Below are positions 12,862 to 24,672 of a DNA stretch of 64,000 nt, in pieces; position 1 is the stretch's first letter; each line of letters opens with the position of its first letter. The DNA is from Malacoraja senta (lineage: Eukaryota). The notes beneath the pieces were generated by a model that was given only the letters and a program-made list of their open reading frames with translations, ran no database searches and had not been told where the DNA came from. The position numbers and the translations under genes were made by a program. Location: NCBI GenBank assembly GCA_038087875.1, contig CM075988.1:5084001-5148000 (forward strand), read 5' to 3'.

Positions 12862-12972
12862 AGAGGCACGGAGGCAGAGAGGCACGGAGGCAGAGAGGCA
12901 CGGAGGCAGAGAGGCAGGGAGGCACGGAGGCAGGGAGGCACGGAGGCAGGGAGGCACGGAGGCAGAGAGGCA
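12862..12972. repeat. 16-bp minisatellite (GAGGCACGGAGGCAGR)n
   Basis: About 7 direct tandem units. Confidence 0.92.
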
Positions 12973-13689
12973 AACAAAATAACGTGGAATGATAAAATAA
13001 CGTGACTTTATCTGAGCCCGTGCTCGCGGTCCGGTAGCCCAGACAGTTAAAGAAATTCTCCCTTGAATTTTATTCAAAGGAACGCAGTGTTAAAACACAA
13101 TTACATTTACTGAGGTATGTAGATCGATGCATTGATGACACATTGTATGACTACTGTTAACTACTGGTTGTTAACAAGTGCTAACAGTGGCAGTTAACAA
13201 ATCGTTTTTGTCTAAGTTGAATAAAGTGAGAAACAGTTCGAATCTTTCTGCAGTACTCATTAAACCCGAGCTGGAAATTGAAAACTAGGGGAATGCCCTA
13301 CCCCTGTGTAATCCCCCATTTCCATCACTGGTGTTAAAGTGCGGGGATCGCTCGTTAGCACGGACTCGATGGGCCGAAGGCTCTGTTTCTGCGCTGTATC
13401 TCTAAACTAAACTGAAACTTATCAGAGTCCATGCTGTCGCATTGTGAGAGCATTCTCAGTGGTTCCACACAATCATCTCAACACTTTATGTTCAAGAGTC
13501 AAGAAGGTTAATTTTCTTATGAACCGATAGAGGAACAATGGCACTTTTAATCACTGCAGTTAAACAGGCCCCTAAATGTAATAACAGACAGATAATATAT
13601 AAGAATCAAAAATACAATGAATTAATAACCATAATACTGGTGACCATAGTAGTGCAAAAAAAAAGTCCATAATGCAACTAAAGATTGGT

Positions 13690-15700
13690 CCTTATACCCA
13701 CCACCTTCTGTGTTGAAAAGTAACCCCTCGGGTTCCTATTAAATTTTCCCCTCTCACCTTAAACCCATGCTCCCCTGGTTCTTTATTCACCTACCCGAGT
13801 AAAAAGGCTCTGCGCATTCACCCTAGATCCTAGAACTAAACTTCCGACTCAAGTTATGGGTGTATCAATGTTTTATCAAGGTCCTTAGAAGATCATAGAC
13901 TATCTATTGTGGTGATAGGTGAATTGTATTGGGTCCAGGTCATAGTCAACAGGCCCTTCGGCTAAACTTGCCCACACCGGCCAACATGTCCCAGCTACAC
14001 TAGTTCCACCTGCCTGCGTTTGGCCAGTATCCCTCCAAACCCGTCCTAGCCATGTACTTGTCTACACTGTTCCTTAAATGGTGGGATTGTCCCTGCCTCA
14101 ACTACCTCCTCTGGCAGCTTGTTCCATACATCCACCACCCTTTGTGTGAAAAAGTTACCCCTCAGATTCCTATTAAATCTTTTACCCTTCACCTTTAAAA
14201 GGGTCCTTACTAAAGCAGGAGTTCATATGTATCATAACCAACCTATGTCCCTTTAAATGCTACAATTGAATCAGACTCCACTGCTCACAATTAGATGCCT
14301 CCCAAAACCATCTGCCTAGAAGATTATCCCCAGTCATTGTAGTTTTTATCCTTGTGAATCACCTTCGTTCTATGTCCCCAGTTTCTTAACCCTTCCACCA
14401 ATGGGAAAAGTTACTCGCTGTCCAGAGCCATCATTATTTCAAATAACCCGATCAGATTCCCTCTCACCTGCTTCTGGTGCAAGAACTACTCCAATTTCTC
14501 CAGTCTTTCCACAGATCTAAAGACCCTCAGCCTTGGAATCATTTTGGTAAATTTCTCACCAAGCTTTTCTGAAACTTTCACATCTGTCCCAAAGTATAGT
14601 GGGCCATGGAGACCCGTCTCCCACAGCACAGAGAAAGGCCCTTCGGCCCAATTCGTCCATGCTGATCAAGATTCCCCATCTACGTTAGGCCCGTTAGCAC
14701 ACATTTGACCCATATCCCTCTAAACTTTTCCTATCCAGGTAGTTGTCCAAATGCTTTTTAAATGTTATTTACCTGCTTCAACTACTTCCTCTGGCAGCTC
14801 ATTCCATGTGCTCACCACCCTCTGTACAAAAATGTTACCCTATTAAATATTTCCCCTCTCACCTTAAATCTCTGCTCCCTAGTTCTTGATTCCCCAACCC
14901 TGATAAAATAAACCCTGTGTATTCACCCTAAGTCATAGAATTAAACCCCCTATTCAAGTTGTGTTTATGTCACCATTTTATCAAGGTTTATCCTGATTTC
15001 CTTGTGATTGTACTCCATCCCATTATTTATCCCAGATGCATTTCCATCTGCATCCCATGTTCAACAGACCATGCACGAGTCTTCTTCCCCACCCCCAGAT
15101 CTCTGTTACAGTCATAGAGTCATAGAATCCTAGATACAGCATGAAAACAGGCCCTTTGAGGAAGAGTCTCAACCCGAAACGTCACGCATTCCTTCTCTCC
15201 AGAGATGCTGCCTGTCCCGCTGAGTTACTCCAGCATTTTGTGTGTACCTTTGGACCAACATGTCCACGCTGACCATCATGCCCCATCTACACTAGTTCCA
15301 CTTACATGTGTTTGCCACATATCCTTCTCAACCGATCCTATCAATGTAACTGTCCAAATATCATTTAAACATTGCAACAGTATCTTGCCACAAGAACCTC
15401 CTCTGGCAGCTCACTCCATATACCCCCCACCCTTTGTGTGAAAAAGTTGATCCTCAGGTTTCTATTAAATCTGTCCCGTCCATCACCTTAAAGCTACATC
15501 AACTGGTTCTTGATTTCCCTACTCTGGGTAAAGTCTCTGTGCATTTACCTCATGGTCTTACACACCTCTATAACATCACCTCTCATCCTCCTGCGCTCCA
15601 CGAAATAATGCTCAACTTTTCACAATAGCTCAGGCCCTCTAGTCCTGGCAACATCCTTGTAAATCTTCTCTGCACCCTTTCCAGCTTAACAACATATTTT
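13690..15700 (-). mobile_element. Cluster of stacked CR1 3' fragments (with a Penelope-derived insert at about 15158-15250)
   Basis: Several copies of the CR1 3' UTR/ORF2 end in minus orientation. Confidence 0.7.
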
Positions 15701-16430
15701 CAATTTACGTTTAGCCTCATTCTGACAATGGAGGAGACCAAGGACAGAAAGGTCTGTGTAGGAATGGGAAGGAGAATTAAAGTGTCCAGCAACCAGGAGA
15801 TCAGGTTCGTTTACGCAGGCTGAGTGAAGGTGGTCCGTGAAACGATCGCCCAGTCTGCGTTTGGTCTCGCTGATGTATAAGAGTCCACATCTTCAACAAT
15901 GGATACAGTAGATGAGGTTGGAGGAGGTGCAAGTGAACCTCTGCCTAACCTGAAAAGACTGTCGGGGTCTCTGGACAGAGTCGAGGGAGTAGGTATAGGG
16001 ACAGGTGTTGCATCTTCTGCGGTTGCAGGGAAAGGTACCTGGGGATGGGGTGGTTTGGTGGGAAGGGATGAGTTAACCAGGGAGTTGTGGAGGGAACGGT
16101 CTCTGTGGAAGGCAGAAAGGGGTGGAATTGGGAAAATGTCGCTAGCGGTGGGATCCCGTTGGAGGTGGCGGAAACTTTGGAGGATTATATGTTGTATGCG
16201 ACGGCTGATGGAGTGGATGGCAAGGACTAAGGAAACTTTGTCTCTGTTGCGACTAGGGGAAGGGGGAGCAAGGGCGGAGCTATGGGGTACCGAGGAGACA
16301 CGAGTGAGGGCCTCATCTATGATGGGAGAGGGTAACCCCCATTCCCTAAAGAATGAGGACATCTCAGATGTTCTAATATGGAACACCTCACCTTTGGCGT
16401 AGATGAGGCGTAGACGGAGGAATTGGGAGA
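15700..16430 (-). mobile_element. Penelope-like element: RT C-terminus/linker plus GIY-YIG endonuclease (degenerate)
   Basis: FFREWGLPSPII...LVL...IIL..FRHLQRDP...IFP.PPLSAF.RDRSL, then in another frame RQRFTCTSSNLIYCIHC*RCGLLYISETKRRLGDRF. Confidence 0.9.
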
Positions 16431-17382
16431 AGAAATGTGTCTTCACCAAAATCTTGTACAACTATAACATAATCTCCCAACTTTGAAGAATGGTCTCGAC
16501 CCGAAACATCACCTATTCCTTTTCTCCAGAGATGCTGTCTGCCCTGCTGAGTTACTCCAGCTTTTTGTGTCTATCTTCAGTTCCTGCAAATCATTTAGAA
16601 TTTAGCCCTTTTTCATATTGCCTCTTCTCTTCCTATTGAAATGTATAAGTGCCTTTCCAAGTATTCAACTTTATCTGCCTATTCCATCAGCTTGTCTACA
16701 TTCCTATAAAGTCTACTACAATGCTGTCCACAGTTCATTACACCTCCAAGTTTTGTATTATTCATAAATTTGGAAATTGTGCCCTGTACACATGCAAGTC
16801 ATTAACATGTATTAAGAAAAGGAGTGGTGGAAGGAACTGCAGGTGCTGGTTTAAACTGAAGATAGGCACAAAAAGCTGGAGTAATTCAGCGGGACAGGCA
16901 GCATATCTGGAGAGAAAGATTTGGTGACGTTTTGGAAGAAGGGTCTCGACCCGAAACATCACCCATTCCTTCTCTCCAGAGATGCTGCCTGTCCCACTGA
17001 GTTACTCCAGCTTTTTGTGTCTATCTTCAAGGAAAGTAATGGTCCTGGCACTGTCCCTAAAGAGCTGTGGTCTGAAAGGAATAACATTTCACCATTGATT
17101 TCTGTTTCCAGTTCCTTTGCCAACATTGTATCCTTGCTGGAACTGCATTTCATTATTCAATAACCTTTGGGCTTTACAACAAGATTATTACATGGCATTT
17201 TATCAAATGCCATTTGAGAATACATATAGATGGCATCTACTTAACCCCCCTTGTTGATCCTCTCTGTTACTTCAGTGGAAAGCTCTGTCAAGTTAAGTAA
17301 AACCTTGAACAAATCAATCCCAGCTTTGGCAATCTCTAATCAATCCAATGGTTTCTACGTGTCTGCTAAGTCTTTCCCTCTT

Positions 17383-17965
17383 GTGTAGGACAGAACTGCA
17401 GATGTTGGTTTACACCGAAGAGAGACACAAAAAGCTGGAGTAACTCAGCATCTCTGGAAAAATAGAAATATGTGATGTTTCGAGACAAGACCCTTCTTCA
17501 GACTGAGATTCAAGGAAGAGGGAAACAAGTCATATGAAAAGGTACAGAACAAATCAGAGCTAGCAACGATGAGTGATGAGTGCTGAGTGATGCTCTACCT
17601 GGAGCTTTTCAGCGTACTACATCCAGATCCAGATCAAGGAAAGGTGGAGCCCACAATGGTCCATGGCTGGCTGAGGGGAAGGGGATAACAAGTGATACAG
17701 ACAGTGAAACTCAGAAAGACGACAGTGAAACTAGTACAATGACTAGGGTGGGGGAGGGGCAGACAGAGATGGGATGCAAGGGTTACTTGAAGTTAGAGAA
17801 ATCAATATTCATACCATTGGGGTGTAAGCTGCCCAAGCAAAATATGAGGTGCTGTTCCTCCAATTTGCGTTTGGCTTCACTCTGACAATGGAGGAGGCCT
17901 AGGACAGAAAGGTCAGTGTGGGAATGGGAAGGGAGGTTATCTTATTGGCAACAGGGAGATCACAT
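17383..17965 (-). mobile_element. Penelope-like element 3' end with pseudo-LTR
   Basis: End of GIY-YIG ORF (KRKLEEQHLIFCLGSLHPNGMNIDFSNF) followed by the pLTR module. Confidence 0.8.
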
Positions 17966-18054
17966 AGGCTATCCCTAGTTCTTGTTTCTAGATATTTTCC
18001 CACCAATGTTAAATTGTAATTACTGGATTTATCCCCATCACAATTATCTAAACA

Positions 18055-19205
18055 GCAAGGCATTTGATGAGGTTCCGCATGGTAGCTGCTCTGGAAGGTT
18101 AGATCGGATGGGATCCAGGGAGAGCTAGCCGACTGGATAGAGAATTGCTTTCATGGAAGGAAGTAGAGGGTGATGTTGGAAGGGTATTTTTCAGACTGTA
18201 GGCCTTATGACCAGTGGTGTGCCTCAGGGACTGGTGTGGGACCCATGCTGTTAGTGGTTTAGATCAACAATCAAACATGATTAGTAATTTTGCAAATGAC
18301 ACCAAAGTGGGTGGTATCATTGATAGTGAAGATAATTATCAAAAGTTACAGCAAGATCTTGGTCAGCTGGGTAACTGAGCTGAGGAATGGTTAATGGAGT
18401 TTAATGCACTTAAGGGTGAGGTGGTGCATTTTAGGAAGTCAAACCAGGGCAGGATCTTCACAATGAATGGTATGGTCCTGGGGAGTGTTGTAGAGCAAGA
18501 GGGATCTAGGAGTGTAGGTACATAGTTCCCAGAAAGTGGCATCACAGGTAGATAGGGTTGGCAAGAAGAATCTGTGTACATTGGCCTGCATCAGTCAGGG
18601 TAGTGAGTATAGAAATTATAGTTGTACAACACGTTGGTGAGTCCGCATTGGAGTATTGTGTTCAATTTTGGTCACTCTGCAATAGGAAGGGTGCCATTAA
18701 GCAGGAGAGAGTGCAGAGTAGATTTACAAAGATGGTACCAGGACTTGAGGGCCTGAGGTATAGGGAGAGGTTGGGCAGGCTTGGACTTTATTCCTTGGAG
18801 CATAGGAGGCTGAGGGGTGATCCTATAGAGGTGGATAAAATCATGAGAGGGACAGAAAGGCTGTATGCACAGAGTCTTTTACCCAGAGTAAAGAAATCAA
18901 GAACCTGAGGACATAGGCCTAACATGAAAGGGGAAAGTTCTAATATGAACCTGAAGGGCAGCTTTTTCACATAGTGAATGGGAATCACTCACACAGTGAA
19001 TATGTAGGTGTATGGAACGAGCTGGCAGAGGAGGTAGTTGAGGCAGGTACTATGACAACATTTAAAAGACCTTGGAACAGGTCTATGGATAGGAACGGTG
19101 TGGGGGGATAGGGGCCAAATGTGGACAGGTGGGACTAGCATTGATCAGCATGGTCGGCATGGGCTGCTTGGGCCAACTAGCTTGTTTTCTTTACTGTATG
19201 GTCTA
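18055..19205 (+). mobile_element. CR1 LINE fragment (RT to 3' end), degenerate
   Basis: KAFDEVPH, SGVPQG, LEYCVQFW, RLGLYSLE motifs with frameshifts, followed by CR1 tail. Confidence 0.88.
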
Positions 19206-19569
19206 TAAATCCATCAGAAAGATGTAAGATTATTAATTTTCCAGATCTTGGGCACCAATCCTGAACATATTGGTGTTTGGCAGAATCTAGATCTTTGGAA
19301 CAACATCATGTCAGGACCAGAAACTGGTGGTTAATTTAGCACAAAATGAAATTAGGACATAGTGACTTGGAAATGTAAATTTAATTAAATAATTAAACTA
19401 TAATTTGAAAAAAGGTCTGTCTCAGTAACCACGAACATGAAAGGACCATAGGTCATTAATAACCCCATAGGTTCACTGATGTCTCTCATCCGTAGTCCAG
19501 CCAAACACTACAACGACGTCTGATCTAATTGGGACATTTCTGAAGACTGTGAAGATTATTATGAGTCTG

Positions 19570-19850
19570 GAGTGTGGCGCGGAGTTAGAGTCGCTGCTTT
19601 ACAGCGCCAGAGACCCACCTTCGATCCTGACTATGGGTGCTGTCTACACAGAGTTTGTACATTCTCCGGGATCTCCGGTTTCCTCCCACACTCCAAAGAC
19701 GTACAGGTTTGGAGGTTAATTGGCTTCAGTAAAAGTGCGAATTGTCCCTAGTGTGTGTAGAATAGTGCTCATGTGTGGGGTTCATTGGTCGGCGCGGATT
19801 CGGTGATCGAAAGAGCCTGTTTCTGCCCTGTATCTCCAAACTAAACTAAA
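19570..19850 (+). mobile_element. HE1/V-SINE-like SINE
   Basis: Head, V-domain and tail. Confidence 0.78.
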
Positions 19851-20531
19851 AATGTCACGTATAGATCAGACTGCATAAGCATGGCAGATGTCCCACCTTG
19901 AAAGACATTAGTGAATTGAATGATTTTCAACAAGCATATGGTTTTGTGGTCATCGTTAATGATGGTTAGTTTTTTTTTTTAATTAACTGAAATTAAGTTC
20001 CAGTTCTCCCGGATTTTAAATCCAAGCAGATGGTTAATAAATCTGTTAGTTTAATGGTGTTGAACAGAAGTGAACATTATTGTCACGGATAGGCATGACA
20101 ACGTCGCAAAACTGAGCTAGTGTGTTGCATTCATCTTCAGCCACTGGAGCCAAGTGGCTGGAACACCTTGGCTTCATCATTAGCTCCTGAATATCACAGG
20201 AGCCAGTGTGCAGCCAATTCCATTCACTCCATGTGCCTTCAATGAACAATTGGATGCACATGATGTGGCAAATTCTCGGCTGTCTCAAACCAGCAGGACA
20301 GAAATTGTGGTGTACCAGATCAAGCCCTTTCCCCAGCCAAGCACTTCCAATACATCTAGAGGGCCTGAGGTATGGGGAGAGGTGGAGCTGGCTAGATCTT
20401 TATTCCTTGGAGCATAGAAGGCTGAGGGGTGATCTTCTAGAGGTGTATAAACTCATTAGCAGAACAGAAAGGTAGAATGTACAGTTTTTTACCCAGAGTA
20501 GGGAAATCAAGAACCTGCGAACATAGTGTTA

Positions 20532-20928
20532 AACAAGGAACTGCAGTTGCTGGAAAATCGAAGGTAGACAAAAATGCTGGAGAAACTCAGTGGGTGCAGC
20601 AGCATCTATGGAGCGAAGGAAATAGGCAACGTTTTGGGCCGAAACCCTTCTTCAGACTGATAGGGGGTGGGGAGAAGAAAGGAAAAAAGGCGGAGGAGGA
20701 GCCCGAGGGCTGGGAGATGGGAGGAGACAACCAGAGGGCTGATGAAGGGGAGGGGACAGCAAGGGCTAGCAGAATTGGGAGAATTCAATGTTCATGCCCC
20801 CAGGATGTAGACTGCCCAAGCGGAATATGAGGTGCATTTCCTCCAATTTCCGGTGTTGCTCGCTGTGGCCATGGAGGAGACCCAGGTCAGAGTGGTCAGA
20901 TACGGAATGGGAGGGGGAGTTGAAGTGC
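20532..20928 (-). mobile_element. Penelope-like element 3' end with pLTR, inserted in a CR1 fragment
   Basis: HFNSPSHS.SD...LGLL...RKLEE.HLIFRLGSLHPGGMNIEFS (GIY-YIG C-terminus); CR1 sequence flanks on both sides (about 20357-20526 and 20929-20960). Confidence 0.85.
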
Positions 20929-21074
20929 ATAGGCCTAATATGAGAGAGGAAAGATCTAATTACCACCAGGAATGGAGGAACAAGCATCTGCAGATGCTGG
21001 AATCTTAAGTAAAATACAAAGTACTGGAGTAACTCAGCAGGTCAGATAACACTTTGTCTTTTACCACCAGGAAT

Positions 21075-21380
21075 CTTTAGTTTAGTTTAGAGATACAAGG
21101 TGGAAACAGGCCCTATGGCCCGCCAAGTCCGCGCCGACCAGCGATCCCCAGAGGCTAACATTATCCTACACACTAGGGGCAATTTACGATTTTATTTTTA
21201 CCAAGGCCAATTAACCTACAAACCTGTACGTCTTTGCAGTGCGGGAGGAAACCGGAGCACCTGGAAAAACCCACACGATCATGGGAAGATCGTATAAACT
21301 CTGTACAGACAGTACCCGTAGTCAGGATCAAACCCATTTCTTTGGCGTTGTAAGGCAGCAACTTTACCGCTGCGCCACCA
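21075..21380 (-). mobile_element. HE1/V-SINE-like SINE
   Basis: Head, V-domain and tail. Confidence 0.8.
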
Positions 21381-21898
21381 CAGCTGGAGGCATGGTGGTA
21401 CACAACCGGGTGGGAATGAGAGGCCTTGTGTAGGAGACTGAGGCACATGTTCAGAGAATTTAGACTGAGATATGGTTTAGATAGAGAACAAATGTTTGCA
21501 ACAGAAAAAATAATCACGTTTGATCCGATCGCATATGCTTCTTGAGGACACACAGTGTTCCCATCATAATGAGCTGCAGTTTCCTCACTCCTCTCTGACC
21601 TCACACAACCAGAACTGTGCCAACCAATGCGTAGAATGCCTGCTGATTAACTTCCACTTTCACTTTGATAAGAGTTAACTTCTCGGTGAGGATTTGAAAG
21701 AACAATTTGCCGAGAAGTCATTCGCACTTTCATCATTTACTGGTTCATTTCACACAAATGAACCCCTGCGATCTTCATGATTTTTGAGGATTGTGTCAAA
21801 AGTTTTAGAGTAAGGCAATAAAAAAGTTAGGAAATGCAAATTGTCTGCACTGAAGAGGTAAAAAAAATCCCTCCAACCACACAAGATGTTCATGACAG

Positions 21899-23213
21899 CG
21901 TGTGCGGACGCGGCGCCGACGGACGAGGGGCCGAAGCAAAGAAGTCGAAGCCAAAGAACCGAATGGAAACGAGGCTGAAACGCCAATAAACTGAAAGATT
22001 ACGAAGACGAAACGCCTACTAACCGAAAGGGCGGGACGCCTAAATGCAAACTAACCGAAAAGCTGCGTCACCAAAAAGCAAACTTACCGAATGGCCGCTC
22101 TGTCGAAAGCCACCTTCCCGAAAGGCGGCGTCACCTACAAGCCAACGAACCAACTGCCGCTCAACAGAAACGTCCAATAACAGACATGACGTTGCTGGGG
22201 GGTGGGACATGACGTTGTCAGCGATTGGTCCAGACCCCCGCGTCCATCACATTACTGTGAAGGCAGGAACATTGTCCCTAACCTCCGCTCCACCCGACCC
22301 GCAGCCCGTGGGATAGTGGGGGCTGTCCCGAGGGATGCACACCTTCGGCCGCTTTCAACTTGGTGCTTGGGTTCAGACTGCCCAGTCACCTATGGCTTGT
22401 GTGGGGAAATGAACCCCACCCTCCCGTCTCTCCCTTCTCTCTCCCCTCTTCTCTCTCTCTCTCTGTCTCTTCCCTCTTTCTCTCTTCTCTCTCCCTTCTC
22501 TCTCTCTCCCTTCTCTCTCTCCCTTCTTTCTCTCTCCCTTCTCTCTCTCCCTTCTCTCTCCTCCTCTCTCTCCCTTCTCTCTCCTCTCTCTCCCCTCTTC
22601 TCTCTTCCCTCTTCTCTCTCTCCTCCTCCCTCTCCACTCATCTCTCTCTCCTCGTCTCTCTTCCCCTCCCTCTCTCCCTCCCCTTTCTCTCTTCCCCTTC
22701 TCTCTCTCCCCCTTCTCTCTCTCCCCCTTCTCTCTCTCCCCCTTCTCTCTCTCCCCCTTCTCTCTCTCCCCTCCTCTCTCTCCCTTCTCTCTCTCCTCTT
22801 CTCTCTCTCCTCCGTCTCCACCCGCGGGAGCGTCCCACAGTCACTGACCGCGATGCACTGCCATCGGACCCCAACCTCCACACCAGGGTGATCGCCCTCC
22901 CCCTGACCGTGGTCAGTGAGCGGCAGTCGGTCCTTTGGCCTGTAGGTGACGCCACCTTTTGGGTAGGTGGCGTTTCGACAGAGCGGCCATTCGGTAAGTT
23001 TGCTTTTAGGCGACGCAGGTTTTCGGTTCATTGGTTTTATGCGTCCCGCCCTTTCAGTTAGTTTGCATTTAGGCGTCCCATCCTTTCGATTAGTAGGCGT
23101 TTCGTCTTCGGACTCGTTCGGTTTATTGGCGTTTCGGCCTCTTTTCCATTCCGTTCTTTGGCTTTGACTTCTTTGCTTCGGCTTCTTATCTGTCGGCGCC
23201 ATGTCCGGGTACC
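21899..23213. mobile_element. Non-autonomous foldback DNA transposon with ~270-bp imperfect TIRs and 8-bp TSD
   Basis: CATGACAG at 21891-21898 and 23214-23221; arms about 21899-22163 and 22917-23213 are inverted copies. Confidence 0.8.
22420..22815. repeat. CT-rich polypyrimidine low-complexity tract
   Basis: About 400 bp of almost pure C/T inside the foldback element. Confidence 0.95.
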
Positions 23214-23359
23214 CATGACAGAAACACTCAGACATCCGTTAATTAAATGTAATTAATTGAACGAGGTGGGAAGAGATTGTGGGATGCTATGTGAATGTTC
23301 TTAACCTTAGTGATAAGGAAGCAAAGAACCAAAGAATCCCCAAAAGTTATAAAACAGCC

Positions 23360-23720
23360 AAGGGGTGATCTCATAGAGGTGGATAAAATCCTGAGGAGGT
23401 GGGAGAAAGCACAGAATAATTTACCCACAGCAGGAGAATCAATAGCCAGAGGACCTAGGTTTAAGATGAGAAGGGAAAGATTTAATAAGAACTTGAGGGG
23501 CACTTTTTTCACAGTGGATATTTGGAACAAACTGCCAGGGGAGGTAGTTGAGGCAGGTACTATACCAGTATTTAAAAGATATTTGGACAGTTACATGGAT
23601 AGGAAAGGTTTAGCGGGATATGGGCCAAACGCAGGCAAGAGACTTGTGTAGATGGGACAGCTTGGTCGGCATGGACGAGTTGGGTCAAATGGCCTATTTG
23701 CGTGCTGTATAACCCTATGA
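23360..23720 (+). mobile_element. CR1 3' fragment
   Basis: RGDLIEVDKIL...WNKLPGEVVEAGT...FKRYLD plus tail. Confidence 0.85.
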
Positions 23721-23721
23721 T

Positions 23722-23945
23722 GGACGGCACAGTGGTGCAGCAGTAGAGTTGCTGCCTTATAGCGCTAGAGACTTCAGTTCGATCCTGACTACAGGTGCTG
23801 TCTGTACGGAGTTTGTACGTTCTCCCTATGACCACGTGAGTCTTCTCTGGGTGCTCTGGTTTACTCCCACACTCCTACACAGGTTTGTAGGTTAATTAGC
23901 TTTGGTTAAAAATTGTAAATTGTCTCTAGTGTGTGGGATAGTGTC
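23722..23945 (+). mobile_element. HE1/V-SINE-like SINE (3'-truncated)
   Basis: A/B boxes and V-domain. Confidence 0.8.
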
Positions 23946-24384
23946 AGCATACAAGCAACTGCAGATGGTCGAACCTTGAGCAAAACACAAAGTGCTCGAG
24001 GAATTCAAAGGGTCAGGCAGCATCTGTTGAAGGAAATGGACAGGTGATGTTTTGGGCCAGTCTGAGGGAGGGTCCTGACCTAAAACATCGCCTGTCTATT
24101 CCCTCCACAATTGCTGCCTGACCTGTTGAGTTCTCCCAGCACATTGTGTTTCACTTTTCTCTATTTCCCAATTCTAATGAAGGTTTTCAGACAAATGTTA
24201 TTCTTTGTTGTTCTTTCCGCAGATGCTGCCTGACCTGCTGAGTGATTCCAGCTTTCTCTGTGTTTATCCCATGTTGAGCGGCAGGTATGTTGCCTTACAA
24301 TCTTGGGTTTTCTTAAGTCCAAGTACTGTTTAAATATGATGGGATCTCTACATTCATCATCCTTTCAGAAGATGAGTTCCATAC

Positions 24385-24672
24385 CTTTAGTTTTTAGAGA
24401 TACAGCACGAACCGAGTCCGCACCGACCAGCGATCCCCGCACATGAACACAATGCTATACACACTGGTGACAATTTACACACACACCAAGCCAATGAATT
24501 AACATACCTCTACGTCTTTGGACTGTGAGAGGAAACCGAGGATATCGGAGAAAATCCACGTGGTCTCTGAGAGAACGTACAAACTCCATACAGACAGCAC
24601 CCGTAGTCGGGATTGAACCTGGGACTCTGGTGCTGCATGTGCTGTAAGGCAGCAACTCTACCACTGTGCCAC
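24385..24672 (-). mobile_element. HE1/V-SINE-like SINE
   Basis: Head, V-domain and tail. Confidence 0.8.

Larger units (their letters stand above)
12070..13330. mobile_element. Truncated DNA transposon-like element (CAGTG terminus, possibly hAT) carrying minisatellites
   Basis: Ends ...CCCCCATTTCCATCACTG at 13330, where a SINE tail resumes; left end not identified. Confidence 0.4.

Noticed and set aside
12456..13077. Overlapping 157-173 aa ORFs in five frames
   Set aside because: Translations of stop-free GC-rich minisatellites
22202..23235. 229-281 aa Ser/Leu/Pro- and Arg/Glu-rich ORFs
   Set aside because: CT-rich low-complexity tract inside the foldback element
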